A stretch of 64,000 nucleotides of DNA from contig JAYOYH010000003.1 of NCBI GenBank assembly GCA_038153405.1, positions 107,258 through 171,257 of the forward strand, read 5' to 3'. Within the stretch, counting starts at the first letter, position 1; each line of letters opens with the position of its first letter. Shown piece by piece: positions 47,032 to 56,996 of the stretch. This DNA is from Gemmatimonadota bacterium (GTDB taxonomy: Bacteria; Latescibacterota; UBA2968; UBA8231). The notes beneath the pieces are model-generated. The model was not told where the DNA came from. It saw nothing but the letters and a program-made list of their open reading frames with translations, and did no database searches. The translations under genes were made by a program, and so were the position numbers.

Positions 47032-47202
47032 TGGAAGATAACTACAGCGATCGCTGGAAGGGCAGCAAGCCCTGTAGAAGCAATGGAACCGTTCCCCTTA
47101 TATCTCTGCGCTGCAGCATCGAGCATTGATAACGCAACGCAACGGGTTCGGGACAGGGCCCGTGCAGGGGTGTGCTGCGGCAAGTGGGCGTCTGCCGTGC
47201 CG

Positions 47203-50200
47203 CTACGTTAGGTCGCGCAGGCGCTGCGCTACCTCTTTGCACACGCGTTCGGCAGCGCGCTCTTTGACCGCTTCGTAGCCGCGAATTTCATCTGCCATAT
47301 CGGCTATCTGCACGCAGGCGCCGTAGTTTTCTTCGCATATATGCGCCAGCGCCGCCTGCACCACTTCTCGATACCAGCCGATGAGTTCGCGCTCGAGTCG
47401 TCGCCCAGATGCCCTGCCAAAGGGGTCGAACGGTCCCCCGCGCAGCACCTTGCCCCTTCGCAGTAAATTCAACACCCCGTGAAACCACCCCCCCAGGGCA
47501 ACCTTCTTACTAAATAGCCAGCGCAGCGAGGGAGGGTGTAGGCGATAGGTCAATTCGACGGGGCCGGCAAAGAGCCCTTTTAGCCTTTCGACATTGCTGT
47601 CCTTAGTCGCCAAACGCGCCACTTCGTATTCATCCTTATAGGCCATCAGACGGTAGAACTGCTTACTCACGGCCTGTGCAAACTCGCCACTCAGCCCCAT
47701 TTCCCGCTCTCGATTATACACCGACTCGACAAATTCGACGTAGACGGCGGCGTAGGCGGCATCCTGGTAGGCGCACAATTCGGCGATGCGCACGGCTAGG
47801 GCGGGCTTGCCAGCCTCTGGCCAAGCCCCGTTTAGCACTCCTTCGAGCAGCGCGCTTCCCCGCGCGTTGCCCGCCAGCGCGCGGCGCGCGGCGGCAATGC
47901 GCTGCTGATCGGAGACGACCGACGAGCCCAGAGCCGCCTCGACGCGACCGGGATCGGCCACGGCTAGGCGCCCCCAGCGAAAGGCGCGGATATTATTTTC
48001 TATCGCTTTGCCGTTGAGCCGTATGGCCTGTTCGATAGAATCGGCCCCAACGGGTATGCAGCCAGACTGGTAGGCCGCACCCAGCAGCAGCATATTGGCG
48101 TAGAGGATGTCGGCAAAGAGCGCTTCGGCTAGCCAATAGGTATCCATGTAGACGCTCTCCCCCTTGCGCACGTGGCGTTCGATCTGCGAGGTGAGCGCAT
48201 CGACGGCAGGAAAGAGCACCTGGCGCGGATTGCGGTTCATTTCTGCCGTCGGCACCTGCGCCGTGCTAACGACGGCGCGCGACACACCGGGAGCGACGTT
48301 GCGCAAATTGCTCTCTTCGGCGGCGCGCAGCAGGTCGAATCCCAAATACAGGTCGACCTGTCCGGGAAATAGGTGGTTAAATACGGGCTGCTCCCCTTCT
48401 GCAATGACGATGGGGGCCTCGACCGGGCCGCCCTTTTGCGCCAGACCCGTGTTGTTCGACAAGTATACGCGCTTGCCCTCCAACATGGCCGCATAGGCCA
48501 ATAGGTGCGAAAGCGTCACCACGCCGGTGCCACCGCGACCAACGGCGAGAATAGAATACCCCGATCCAAGCGGACAGGGAGGCGGTTCGGGCAGATCATC
48601 AACCGTTTCGGGCGAGCGGCGACGCAGGCCCATGCCCCCCGTATCGCGGACGACGACAAAGGCCGGACACTCGCCGTCGATGCAGAGTTCATCCTGCGCA
48701 CAGTTGGCCTGGCGCACTTGGGTCTTTACACCCCACTCGGTTTCGACACTGTGCAGGGCAGCGCAACCTTCCGACTGTCCGTAGCAGTCTCCGCATCCCT
48801 CACACACTTCGTCGTTGATCAGCACGTAGCGATCGGGCTTGATGCCCTGGCGTCGGTTGCGCCGTCCCCGCTCGGTCGCACACTCCTTGTCCAATAGCAG
48901 CACGGTAGTCCCAGCAGTGGCCTTGAACTGATCCTGTGCCGCTGCCTGCTCGTCCAGTGTGTAAATCTGCACGCACTCGCTCTTGGGCAAATCGAATTCG
49001 GCACCCCGCGCCGTGATGACCCCCACCCGCGCCACGCCCAACCCCAACAGTTCCTGCACGACCTCGGGAATGCTGCGCACACCGCCGGGATTCTGCCCCC
49101 CCGTCAGCGCCACAACTCCATTAAAGAGCAGTAAAAAGGTGATGTTTACATCGCTCTGAACGCAGCTTTGAATCGCCCCGCGACCGCTGTGAAAGTAGGA
49201 CCCGTCGCCCAAGTATTGGAAAATATGGCGATTGCCGTTAAAGGCGGCCCATCCGCTGTATATCGACCCGCCCGCTCCCATCGTCGGGATGTAAAGCACG
49301 CCGTTGTCGTAGGCGGGAATCGCGCGAATCGATGAGCAGCCAATGGCTCCACCCGGCTTTTCTTTTAGCGTGCGAAAGCTGTTGTAAGGGCACCCTCCGC
49401 ACGACATGGGCGTCACGGTGGGGGTGCCCGAATAGATGCGCCCTTCCAACGCTTGGAGTCGCTCCAACGCCGGCCCGCCGACGCCCAGCCGCCCGGCCAG
49501 CAAGCGCGCTAGTCGTTCCGGGGTGACTTCGCCGTGCGAGGGCACAAACGGAGCGCCTCCCTCATCCCACTGGCCTAGGAACTGCTCCACCTGACTGCCC
49601 CACAGCGCGGCGCGGACAGCGTCTTCGACAAAGGGTCCCGGCTCTTCGACCAGATAGATAGAGCGGAGCCCTCGGGCAAATCGGCGCACGATCTGTGCAT
49701 CGAGCGGATAGGGTGCGCGCAGGTGTAAGATGGGCAGGCGAACGCCGAGATAGTTCAGTGCCTGACGCACATCGGCGTAGCTCTTTCCCGTCGCAATGAT
49801 GCCGATTGTGCCACCGGCTTCGGCGTCGACGATGCGGTTGATATCGTTTTGGCGAATGTATTCCTCGGCTAGCGGCAGACGCTCTTCGACCAGCTGCTGC
49901 TGCATGGGCAGGGCGCGCGTAGCCATGACAATGCGGTTAAAAACCTTCTCGTACGAGCGCTCAGGCAGGGCAATATCCGGCCGCACCTGCTGCAAGTCTA
50001 CCGTGCTTGCCGCATCGCATACCGGCGTGACCAATTTGAGCGCCGTTACGACACCGGCGTGGCGCGACAGCGCCACGGCATGCAGCCCCAGTTCAATGAT
50101 TTCGCCAACGCTAGACGGATAGAAGATGGGCACCATGCAGCTGCGCAGTACGCCGTCGCTGGCCCCAGGTGATACCGAGCTCTTTGACTGGTGGTCTTCA

Positions 50201-50625
50201 CCGCTGAGCAGGACCATTGAACCGCGCGCGCTGGTGCCGCTCAGATTGGCCAACCACACCTCGTCGGGCACCCACATCGTACCGTGTGCTTTGCCATACC
50301 AAAAAGCGTCGACGTCGCCGCTTTCGGCAAACTGCGTGCCCAACATGGCCGAGGCCGCCGTTTTTTCGTTGATGCCAAATTGGTGCAGCGTGCGACCGCG
50401 CTCGTTGAGAACACTCATCTGTTCGACCAATTTTAGGTCGAGACCGCCCAGCGGCGACCCCTCGTAGCCGCTCACGTAGGTTTGATTGACTTGGCCCAAT
50501 TGCGCATCGCGCCGCTGCTTCTCTACGATCAGGCGCACGATGGCTTCCATCCCGGTCAAAAAGACGGTGCCTTCATCCTTCTCGTACTTGTCGTCCAGTC
50601 TTAGTTCCACATGCGCTCGATCCAC
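47203..50625 (-). CDS. indolepyruvate:ferredoxin oxidoreductase, fused alpha/beta type
   Basis: 1140 aa. TPP-dependent 2-oxoacid:ferredoxin oxidoreductase layout. Cys-rich ferredoxin motifs (CEGCGDC, CPAF). Confidence 0.75.
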   Translation of the reverse strand: MDRAHVELRLDDKYEKDEGTVFLTGMEAIVRLIVEKQRRDAQLGQVNQTYVSGYEGSPLGGLDLKLVEQMSVLNERGRTLHQFGINEKTAASAMLGTQFAESGDVDAFWYGKAHGTMWVPDEVWLANLSGTSARGSMVLLSGEDHQSKSSVSPGASDGVLRSCMVPIFYPSSVGEIIELGLHAVALSRHAGVVTALKLVTPVCDAASTVDLQQVRPDIALPERSYEKVFNRIVMATRALPMQQQLVEERLPLAEEYIRQNDINRIVDAEAGGTIGIIATGKSYADVRQALNYLGVRLPILHLRAPYPLDAQIVRRFARGLRSIYLVEEPGPFVEDAVRAALWGSQVEQFLGQWDEGGAPFVPSHGEVTPERLARLLAGRLGVGGPALERLQALEGRIYSGTPTVTPMSCGGCPYNSFRTLKEKPGGAIGCSSIRAIPAYDNGVLYIPTMGAGGSIYSGWAAFNGNRHIFQYLGDGSYFHSGRGAIQSCVQSDVNITFLLLFNGVVALTGGQNPGGVRSIPEVVQELLGLGVARVGVITARGAEFDLPKSECVQIYTLDEQAAAQDQFKATAGTTVLLLDKECATERGRRNRRQGIKPDRYVLINDEVCEGCGDCYGQSEGCAALHSVETEWGVKTQVRQANCAQDELCIDGECPAFVVVRDTGGMGLRRRSPETVDDLPEPPPCPLGSGYSILAVGRGGTGVVTLSHLLAYAAMLEGKRVYLSNNTGLAQKGGPVEAPIVIAEGEQPVFNHLFPGQVDLYLGFDLLRAAEESNLRNVAPGVSRAVVSTAQVPTAEMNRNPRQVLFPAVDALTSQIERHVRKGESVYMDTYWLAEALFADILYANMLLLGAAYQSGCIPVGADSIEQAIRLNGKAIENNIRAFRWGRLAVADPGRVEAALGSSVVSDQQRIAAARRALAGNARGSALLEGVLNGAWPEAGKPALAVRIAELCAYQDAAYAAVYVEFVESVYNREREMGLSGEFAQAVSKQFYRLMAYKDEYEVARLATKDSNVERLKGLFAGPVELTYRLHPPSLRWLFSKKVALGGWFHGVLNLLRRGKVLRGGPFDPFGRASGRRLERELIGWYREVVQAALAHICEENYGACVQIADMADEIRGYEAVKERAAERVCKEVAQRLRDLT

Positions 50626-50807
50626 ACAGCGTGCACTCCACTTTCTTCCGGCTGATTATACGCAGGCCACTCAGGGCGAGCAAGCCACCCAAACAGCGGT
50701 CCGGAGCAAAGGGCGATTTGCCCATCGGCGATACATCGCACTATATTTCTATATTATAATAGACGAGCATATTCAACTACCGCACAACCGCCAACATCAG
50801 GTGAAAC

Positions 50808-51098
50808 ATGGCTGAGAATATTGACGAACTTACGATCCACTACGAAGAAGACGGGCGCGTGCTGCGCAAAGAACTGGCCAAGGAAGCGTTGAGCAAAGGC
50901 TCTTGGGCGACGATTATGTACCTGTATCAGGACTTGGATCGCAAGACGGATGAGTACGGCCCGCAGAAGATTTCCATTCGCCGCTATCAAAAGCGCGAAG
51001 GCACCTTTATTCAGCGCAGCAAATTCGAAATTTCCAGCGCCAACCAAGCGCGCGCCATCTGCGCCAAAATCGAGGATTGGTTTCCCCAAGAAGACTGA
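50808..51098 (+). CDS. hypothetical small protein
   Basis: 96 aa. AGGTGA RBS. TATAAT-like hexamer at 50755 in the AT-rich upstream stretch. Confidence 0.4.
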   Translation: MAENIDELTIHYEEDGRVLRKELAKEALSKGSWATIMYLYQDLDRKTDEYGPQKISIRRYQKREGTFIQRSKFEISSANQARAICAKIEDWFPQED

Positions 51099-51178
51099 TC
51101 GTTCGCTCCTGAACCATCCGCCGAGTGTCCCCGCCGGAGCGTTTCCGCTCTCGCAGGGGCTTTTCTGAAGACGCTGCC

Positions 51179-52222
51179 ATGCAATCGCACCGCGCGGCGA
51201 TCGTCGGTCTGACCGGCATTGGCGCAGCGCGCCCGGCCGAGCACCCGCTCGTAGCGGCCCCGCGCTCCCACGCGGCCGCCTACCATCGCCATCCACACAC
51301 CGAGCTAGTCGCCGTTTGCGACAAGAATCCCGCTGCCCTTGCGCAGTTTCGCCAGACTTGGCAAGACGTCTGGCCGCAGCTGCGCTATTACGAAGACCAT
51401 CGGGAGATGCTCAGTGACGCACGCCCAGAGCTCCTCAGCGTAGTCACCTCCGACCACGCCCATGCCGACATTGTGGTGGACGGAGCGCTCGGCTCGCCGC
51501 GCGCCATACTGTGCGAAAAACCCATCGCCACGACGTTGGCCGATGCCGACCGCATGATCGCCGCCTGCGAAGAGCACGACACCCTGCTTTCGATAGAGCA
51601 TACCCGGCGCTGGAACCCGGCGTTTGTGCGCGCACGCCAATTGATTTGCTCCGGTGAGTTGGGCCCCCTGCGCACCATGGTCGCCGAAATGTTTAGCCCG
51701 CGCGCCATGTTGATGCGCAACGGCATTCACCTCATCGATCTGTTCACCTTCTTTGCCGACGGCCACGTGCAGTGGGTCGTCGGCGAGTTGGAAGAGGGCT
51801 TTGAGGACTACGGTAGCTACCGAGGCGACGGTGGCCGCGACCCGGGAATAGAACCCTTTGCCTCGAGCTATGTGCGCTTTCGCTCGGGGGTGCGAGCCTT
51901 TTTCAACTCCTACAAAACCACCATGCCGGGATGGCAAATGCAGCTTACGTGCGATGGTGGCCGCCTGGAACTTTCCGACCGCAGCGCCCGGCTCATACGC
52001 CCGACATCGCACTACGAATGGAACGAAAGCGAACTGCACGTCGGCGACTATATGCACACCAACCAACTGGGCGCCGTGCACGAATTGGTCGAGATTCTGG
52101 CAGGGCGCGGCGAACTGGCCTGTCCGCCGCGCGAGGCGCGCAAGGCCCTGGAGATCACGCTGGCCATCCTGCAGTCGCACGTGCGCGGAAACGTGCCGAT
52201 CGCCCTGCCGCTGCCCAGCTAA
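51179..52222 (+). CDS. Gfo/Idh/MocA-family oxidoreductase
   Basis: ATG 51179. [12 protein letters not shown]-terminal motif. EKP motif. Confidence 0.7.
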   Translation: MQSHRAAIVGLTGIGAARPAEHPLVAAPRSHAAAYHRHPHTELVAVCDKNPAALAQFRQTWQDVWPQLRYYEDHREMLSDARPELLSVVTSDHAHADIVVDGALGSPRAILCEKPIATTLADADRMIAACEEHDTLLSIEHTRRWNPAFVRARQLICSGELGPLRTMVAEMFSPRAMLMRNGIHLIDLFTFFADGHVQWVVGELEEGFEDYGSYRGDGGRDPGIEPFASSYVRFRSGVRAFFNSYKTTMPGWQMQLTCDGGRLELSDRSARLIRPTSHYEWNESELHVGDYMHTNQLGAVHELVEILAGRGELACPPREARKALEITLAILQSHVRGNVPIALPLPS

Positions 52223-52278
52223 GACCCGTACCCCCAGAGCGAGATCACCCACAGGAAAAGGCGAGACACAGACCGTCC

Positions 52279-53412
52279 ATGACACCGATTGAACGCAACC
52301 CTACCCGCAGTGTGCGCATTGGCCGTACGCACATCGGCTCACAGCACCCCATCGCCGTGCAGAGCATGGCCGCCACGCGCACCCAAGACATGGCCGCGAC
52401 CCTGCGCCAAGTCGAACTCATCGGCCAAGCCGGTGCCGACATTATCCGCATTGCCGTCGACAACCGCAAGGACGTCGAGGCCCTAGCTGAAATAGCTCAG
52501 CACACCGACGTGCCGCTTAGCGTCGATCTGCAGGAAAATTACCGGTTGGTCCAGCACGTAGCGCCCCACGTGCAGAAAGTGCGCTACAATCCGGGCCACC
52601 TCTACCACCACGAAAAGGACAAGAGCATAGCCGACAAGGTCGCCTTTATTGCAGATGAGGCGGCTAAAAATGACTGCGCCCTGCGCGTGGGCGTTAACTG
52701 CGGCTCCGTCGACCCCGACAAGGTAGGCCTTTTTCCGGTCGGCGATTCCATTTCGCCCATGCTCGCCTCAGCCCTAGAGCACTGCCAGATACTCGACGAC
52801 CTCGGATTTACCCGCTACTGCGTCTCTCTAAAGGATTCCGACCCGCAAAACGTAATTGACGCCAACAGCCGCTTTGCCGCCGAACGACCCGACGTGCCTC
52901 TGCACCTGGGCGTGACGGAAGCGGGCATGCCACCCGAGGGGATTATCAAGACGCGCATCGCCTTTGAACAGCTTATCACCGCGGGCATTGGCGATACGAT
53001 CCGCGTTTCGCTGACGCTGCCCTTTGACGATAAGGGCGAGGAAATACGCGTCGGTCGCCAAATCCTCGATGACATCTATTCTGGGCGCTTCCGCTCCGTG
53101 CCCAAACTGCTCGATACCGGCCTGAATATTATTTCCTGCCCTTCGTGCTCGCGGGTAGAGAACGAGGCCTTTATCGAGTTAGCCCACAAGGTGCGCGAAG
53201 TGACCGAATACGCCAAGGAGCACGCCATTACCATTGCCGTGATGGGATGTCGGGTCAACGGACCGGGTGAAACAGACGACGCCGACCTCGGCCTGTGGTG
53301 CGCCCCCAACTTCGTCAACCTCAAGCGCGGCCCCGAACCCATCGGCCAATTTGGCTACGACGAGGTGCTGGACAAGTTGCGCCAGGAAGTCGATCGCATC
53401 ATCGCGTCTTAA
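52279..53412 (+). CDS. ispG: 4-hydroxy-3-methylbut-2-enyl diphosphate synthase (MEP pathway)
   Basis: ATG 52279. The track ORF from 51931 is an upstream extension overlapping the previous gene. Full-length IspG: TIM-barrel half, then Cys-ligand half (CPSCSR...GCRVNGPGE). Confidence 0.85.
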   Translation: MTPIERNPTRSVRIGRTHIGSQHPIAVQSMAATRTQDMAATLRQVELIGQAGADIIRIAVDNRKDVEALAEIAQHTDVPLSVDLQENYRLVQHVAPHVQKVRYNPGHLYHHEKDKSIADKVAFIADEAAKNDCALRVGVNCGSVDPDKVGLFPVGDSISPMLASALEHCQILDDLGFTRYCVSLKDSDPQNVIDANSRFAAERPDVPLHLGVTEAGMPPEGIIKTRIAFEQLITAGIGDTIRVSLTLPFDDKGEEIRVGRQILDDIYSGRFRSVPKLLDTGLNIISCPSCSRVENEAFIELAHKVREVTEYAKEHAITIAVMGCRVNGPGETDDADLGLWCAPNFVNLKRGPEPIGQFGYDEVLDKLRQEVDRIIAS

Positions 53413-53575
53413 CCCCGATGGGCCTCGCTCACTCCATTCTTTTTTGCCACCGCTCCTGCAGACGCACCGCTGTCCCCCGTTTCTCCAGCGCCACAGCGCG
53501 GCCAGACGCGCTTTCCAGCCCTCGGGCAAAAGCCCTATATTAGCCCCTCAGAACCGCTTCCGCGAAAGGAACCCC

Positions 53576-54316
53576 ATGCACAACCCCATTAGAGAAGCGC
53601 TGGCTGCCGGCCGGCCTTCGATTGGCAGCTGGCTCAACCTCGGCTCACCGCTGGCCGCCGAAGTTATGGCCGCCGCCGGCTTTAGCTGGCTGTGCGTCGA
53701 CGCCGAGCACACCGCCTACGATATGGAGTCCATCGCCCACACCTTTCGCGCCATTGAGGCCCGCGGTGCCATACCGCTCGTGCGCGCCTGGGACCACGAT
53801 CCGACCACCGCCGCCCGCCTGCTCGACGCGGGCGCCTACGGCATTGTATTTCCCCACGTCAGCACCCCACAGCAGGCCGAAGGGCTAGCTCGGGCCATGC
53901 GCTTTCCGCCCCGCGGCATTCGCTCGGCCGGCACCGGGCGCTGCGCCACGCTGGCCCCCGACTACCGCAAGGTCTTCGACGATATCGTTCTCTGCATTCC
54001 CCAAATCGAAGATATGGAAGGCGTCGAAAACGCCGAGGCCATCGCCCGAGTCGACGGCGTCGATATCGGCTTTCTCGGCCCGGGTGATCTGGCCATGTCG
54101 ATGGGCGTCGAACCGGGGCACCCCGATCACGAAGCGGCCCTGCTGCGCTTTTTAGCGGGGTGTCAGCGCGCCGGCACCAGCTGCGGCATTCCCACCAAGG
54201 ACGCGGCCAGCACGCGCCGGCGCCTCGAGCAGGGATTCCGCTTTATCGATATCAATAACGACCTGCGTTTTCTCGAGGCCGCCGCCGCGCAGATTCTCTC
54301 AGAAATAGAATCTTAA
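53576..54316 (+). CDS. HpcH/HpaI-family 2-keto-3-deoxy-acid aldolase (copy 1)
   Basis: ATG 53576. 246 aa. (beta/alpha)8 class II aldolase with DxE metal ligands (CVDAEH, QIEDME). Confidence 0.75.
   Translation: MHNPIREALAAGRPSIGSWLNLGSPLAAEVMAAAGFSWLCVDAEHTAYDMESIAHTFRAIEARGAIPLVRAWDHDPTTAARLLDAGAYGIVFPHVSTPQQAEGLARAMRFPPRGIRSAGTGRCATLAPDYRKVFDDIVLCIPQIEDMEGVENAEAIARVDGVDIGFLGPGDLAMSMGVEPGHPDHEAALLRFLAGCQRAGTSCGIPTKDAASTRRRLEQGFRFIDINNDLRFLEAAAAQILSEIES
53601..54143 (+). repeat. direct repeat unit 1 (about 543 bp, 772-bp period) inside aldolase copy 1
   Basis: Out-of-frame ORFs 53622..53888(+) and 53645..53857(-) translate identically to 54394..54660(+) and 54417..54629(-). One divergent patch of about 20 bp at 54080..54100. 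Confidence 0.85.
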
Positions 54317-54347
54317 ATACTGCATCACAATACTTTATAACGATTAT

Positions 54348-55094
54348 ATGAATAATTCCATACGGCAAATATTGGCTGCCGGCCGACCTTCGATTGGCAG
54401 CTGGCTCAACCTCGGCTCACCGCTGGCCGCCGAAGTTATGGCCGCCGCCGGCTTTAGCTGGCTGTGCGTCGACGCCGAGCACACCGCCTACGATATGGAG
54501 TCCATCGCCCACACCTTTCGCGCCATTGAGGCCCGCGGTGCCATACCGCTCGTGCGCGCCTGGGACCACGATCCGACCACCGCCGCCCGCCTGCTCGACG
54601 CGGGCGCCTACGGCATTGTATTTCCCCACGTCAGCACCCCACAGCAGGCCGAAGGGCTAGCTCGGGCCATGCGCTTTCCGCCCCGCGGCATTCGCTCGGC
54701 CGGCACCGGGCGCTGCGCCACGCTGGCCCCCGACTACCGCAAGGTCTTCGACGATATCGTTCTCTGCATTCCCCAAATCGAAGATATGGAAGGCGTCGAA
54801 AACGCCGAGGCCATCGCCCGAGTCGACGGCGTCGATATCGGCTTTCTCGGCCCCAACGATCTGTCTCTATCGATGGGCGTCGAACCGGGGCACCCCGATC
54901 ACGAAGCGGCCCTGCAAGCCGTTTTGCAGGCCTTTACCCGCGCCCAAAAGCCCTGCGGACTGTCCGTGCGCGGCGCGGCCAACGTGCGCCAACGCCTGCA
55001 GCAGGGTTTTCGCTTTGTCGATGCGGCCAGCGATCTGCGCAGCCTAGAGGGATGGGCCATCGCCCAATTGCGCGCAGTCAACTCGCATGCGTAG
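54348..55094 (+). CDS. HpcH/HpaI-family aldolase (copy 2)
   Basis: 248 aa. Residues about 10..190 are near-identical to copy 1. N- and C-termini are divergent. Confidence 0.75.
   Translation: MNNSIRQILAAGRPSIGSWLNLGSPLAAEVMAAAGFSWLCVDAEHTAYDMESIAHTFRAIEARGAIPLVRAWDHDPTTAARLLDAGAYGIVFPHVSTPQQAEGLARAMRFPPRGIRSAGTGRCATLAPDYRKVFDDIVLCIPQIEDMEGVENAEAIARVDGVDIGFLGPNDLSLSMGVEPGHPDHEAALQAVLQAFTRAQKPCGLSVRGAANVRQRLQQGFRFVDAASDLRSLEGWAIAQLRAVNSHA
54373..54915 (+). repeat. direct repeat unit 2 inside aldolase copy 2
   Basis: Offset of exactly 772 bp from unit 1. Confidence 0.85.
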
Positions 55095-55106
55095 TTCCCA
55101 GCCGCG

Positions 55107-55991
55107 ATGAACATACTCAATTTCGGCTCGCTCAACATCGATCTGGTCTACCAGGTCCCGCACATCGCGCGGCCAGGGGAAACCATTTCGAGCACGCAGC
55201 ACAGCGTCTTTGCCGGGGGCAAGGGAGCCAATCAGTCGGCCGCCTTAGCCTTGGCGGGAGCCGATGTGTACCACGCCGGACAAGTGGGACAAGACGGCGC
55301 CTGGCTGGTGGAAAAGCTGAAAGCGATGGGCGTCGATATGCAGTGGACGCGCGTGGTGGCTGAGCGCACCGGACACGCCCTGATCCAGGTGGCCGAAAGC
55401 GGCGAAAACAGCATCGTGCTCTTTCCCGGCGCCAACGCCACCCTGCAGCGGCCCCATATAGACCGCGTCATTAGCCGTTTCGAAAAAGGCGATATACTGC
55501 TCTTGCAGAATGAGATAAACGATATTTCGTATATTTTGACGCAGGCGGCCAAACGCGGCATGCGCATCGCCTTTAATCCCGCTCCTTTCCATGCCGACAT
55601 CCTCACCTACGGCCTCGAACACGTCGAATGGCTTCTGCTCAACGAGACGGAAGCGGCCGGATTGCTAGCGGAGTCGCTGGAGCCGGATGCGGCATTGGCC
55701 GCTCTCGCTCGGCGCTATCCGCAGGCGCACGTAGTCCTCACCCTGGGAACAGCCGGCGTCCGCTTTCGCTCCCCCCAGGCGACCTATGCCGTGCCGGCGC
55801 GCGCCGTGCACAGCGTCGATACCACGGGTGCCGGTGACACATTTATTGGCTATTTCCTCGCCGCCCTGAGCGGAGGCCACGATGCGCTAACCGCGCTCCA
55901 GCACGGCGTTAGCGCCGCCGCGCTCTGCGTGACCAAACCGGGTGCAATGGATTCTATACCAAGCTCAGAAGAAGTTCGTAACTTATTGTAG
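55107..55991 (+). CDS. PfkB-family carbohydrate kinase (ribokinase / 2-keto-3-deoxy-sugar-acid kinase type)
   Basis: NIDLVY...GGKGANQS N-terminal motif. C-terminal DTTGAGDTF. Confidence 0.75.
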   Translation: MNILNFGSLNIDLVYQVPHIARPGETISSTQHSVFAGGKGANQSAALALAGADVYHAGQVGQDGAWLVEKLKAMGVDMQWTRVVAERTGHALIQVAESGENSIVLFPGANATLQRPHIDRVISRFEKGDILLLQNEINDISYILTQAAKRGMRIAFNPAPFHADILTYGLEHVEWLLLNETEAAGLLAESLEPDAALAALARRYPQAHVVLTLGTAGVRFRSPQATYAVPARAVHSVDTTGAGDTFIGYFLAALSGGHDALTALQHGVSAAALCVTKPGAMDSIPSSEEVRNLL

Positions 55992-56006
55992 AAGAAAGGG
56001 ATCACC

Positions 56007-56996
56007 ATGTCTAAAAAAATTCTTATCACCGCCCAATTCCACAACGACGAATTCGCCTCGAGCGAACGGCAGCAGGGCATGGAACGCCTCGCCCAATACG
56101 GCGAACTCGTCCGGGAGAAGGAGGTGCTCAATGCCGAAGATGCCGAGGGCGTCATCGCCTCCGTAGCCAGTTCATCGCTCTATACGGACGAATTCTACGA
56201 AGCGGCCAGCGACCTGCGGATCATCGCGCGCTGGGGAGTGGGCTTTGACAAGGTCAACGTCGCCGCTGCCACGCGCCACGGCGTGCTCATCACGGTGACG
56301 CCCGTGCACATGGATACCGTGGCCGAATACACCATCGCCCAGTGGATGGCCACGCTCAAACGCGTTTACACGCTCAACCGCCTCTCGCACGGAGGGGACT
56401 TCTCCATTATTCGCACCTACGAGGCACAGGGCTCGACCCTGGGACTCTACGGCTGTGGGCGCATCGGGCAAGAAGTAGCCCAGCGCGCCCGCCCCCTGCT
56501 CGGCGATAGGGGCCGCCTGCTGATCTACGACTCGCGCCCCGATATCGGTGAGATTGCCGCGCGCTTCGGCGCCGAAGCCGTCGATTCGCCCCGCGCCCTA
56601 TTTGAACAGTGCAATACCGTCAGTCTGCACGTATCGGGCGACGAAACCATTGTCGATTACGATCTCCTCTCGGCCATGCAGCCGCACGCCTCGCTGATCA
56701 ACCCCTCGCGCGGCAACTTAGTGGACGACGCGGCGATCCACCGCGCCATAGGCGAAGACAAGCTCTACTATTACGTAGTCGACGACCCGGTAAATGGCCC
56801 GCGCGCCATCCACAAAGATCACCCGCGCATTATCTGCACCAACCACAACGCCGGCATTTCCGTCGAATCGACCATCCGCCTCGACCAGAAGACGATTGAG
56901 CAGGTGACCGATACGCTCGAGCACCGCCGCCCCGATTTTATTCTCAACGAGGAGGTCCTCGAACACCCTCGGGTCAAAGAGTGGCTAAACGCATGA
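56007..56996 (+). CDS. D-isomer-specific 2-hydroxyacid dehydrogenase family protein
   Basis: LGLYGCGRIGQEVAQRA NAD-binding motif. ATGA overlap with the next gene. Confidence 0.7.
   Translation: MSKKILITAQFHNDEFASSERQQGMERLAQYGELVREKEVLNAEDAEGVIASVASSSLYTDEFYEAASDLRIIARWGVGFDKVNVAAATRHGVLITVTPVHMDTVAEYTIAQWMATLKRVYTLNRLSHGGDFSIIRTYEAQGSTLGLYGCGRIGQEVAQRARPLLGDRGRLLIYDSRPDIGEIAARFGAEAVDSPRALFEQCNTVSLHVSGDETIVDYDLLSAMQPHASLINPSRGNLVDDAAIHRAIGEDKLYYYVVDDPVNGPRAIHKDHPRIICTNHNAGISVESTIRLDQKTIEQVTDTLEHRRPDFILNEEVLEHPRVKEWLNA

Noticed and set aside
51931-53412. 493-aa track ORF that would overlap the upstream Gfo/Idh/MocA gene by about 290 nt
   Set aside because: Its N-terminal 116 residues are Arg/Pro/Ala-rich frame-shadow sequence typical of GC-rich DNA. 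The IspG homology begins exactly at ATG 52279 (MTPIERNPT...), after the upstream stop at 52222.
53267-54316. 349-aa track ORF extending the first aldolase upstream into the ispG 3' end
   Set aside because: Aldolase homology starts at ATG 53576. The upstream extension is low-complexity shadow sequence.
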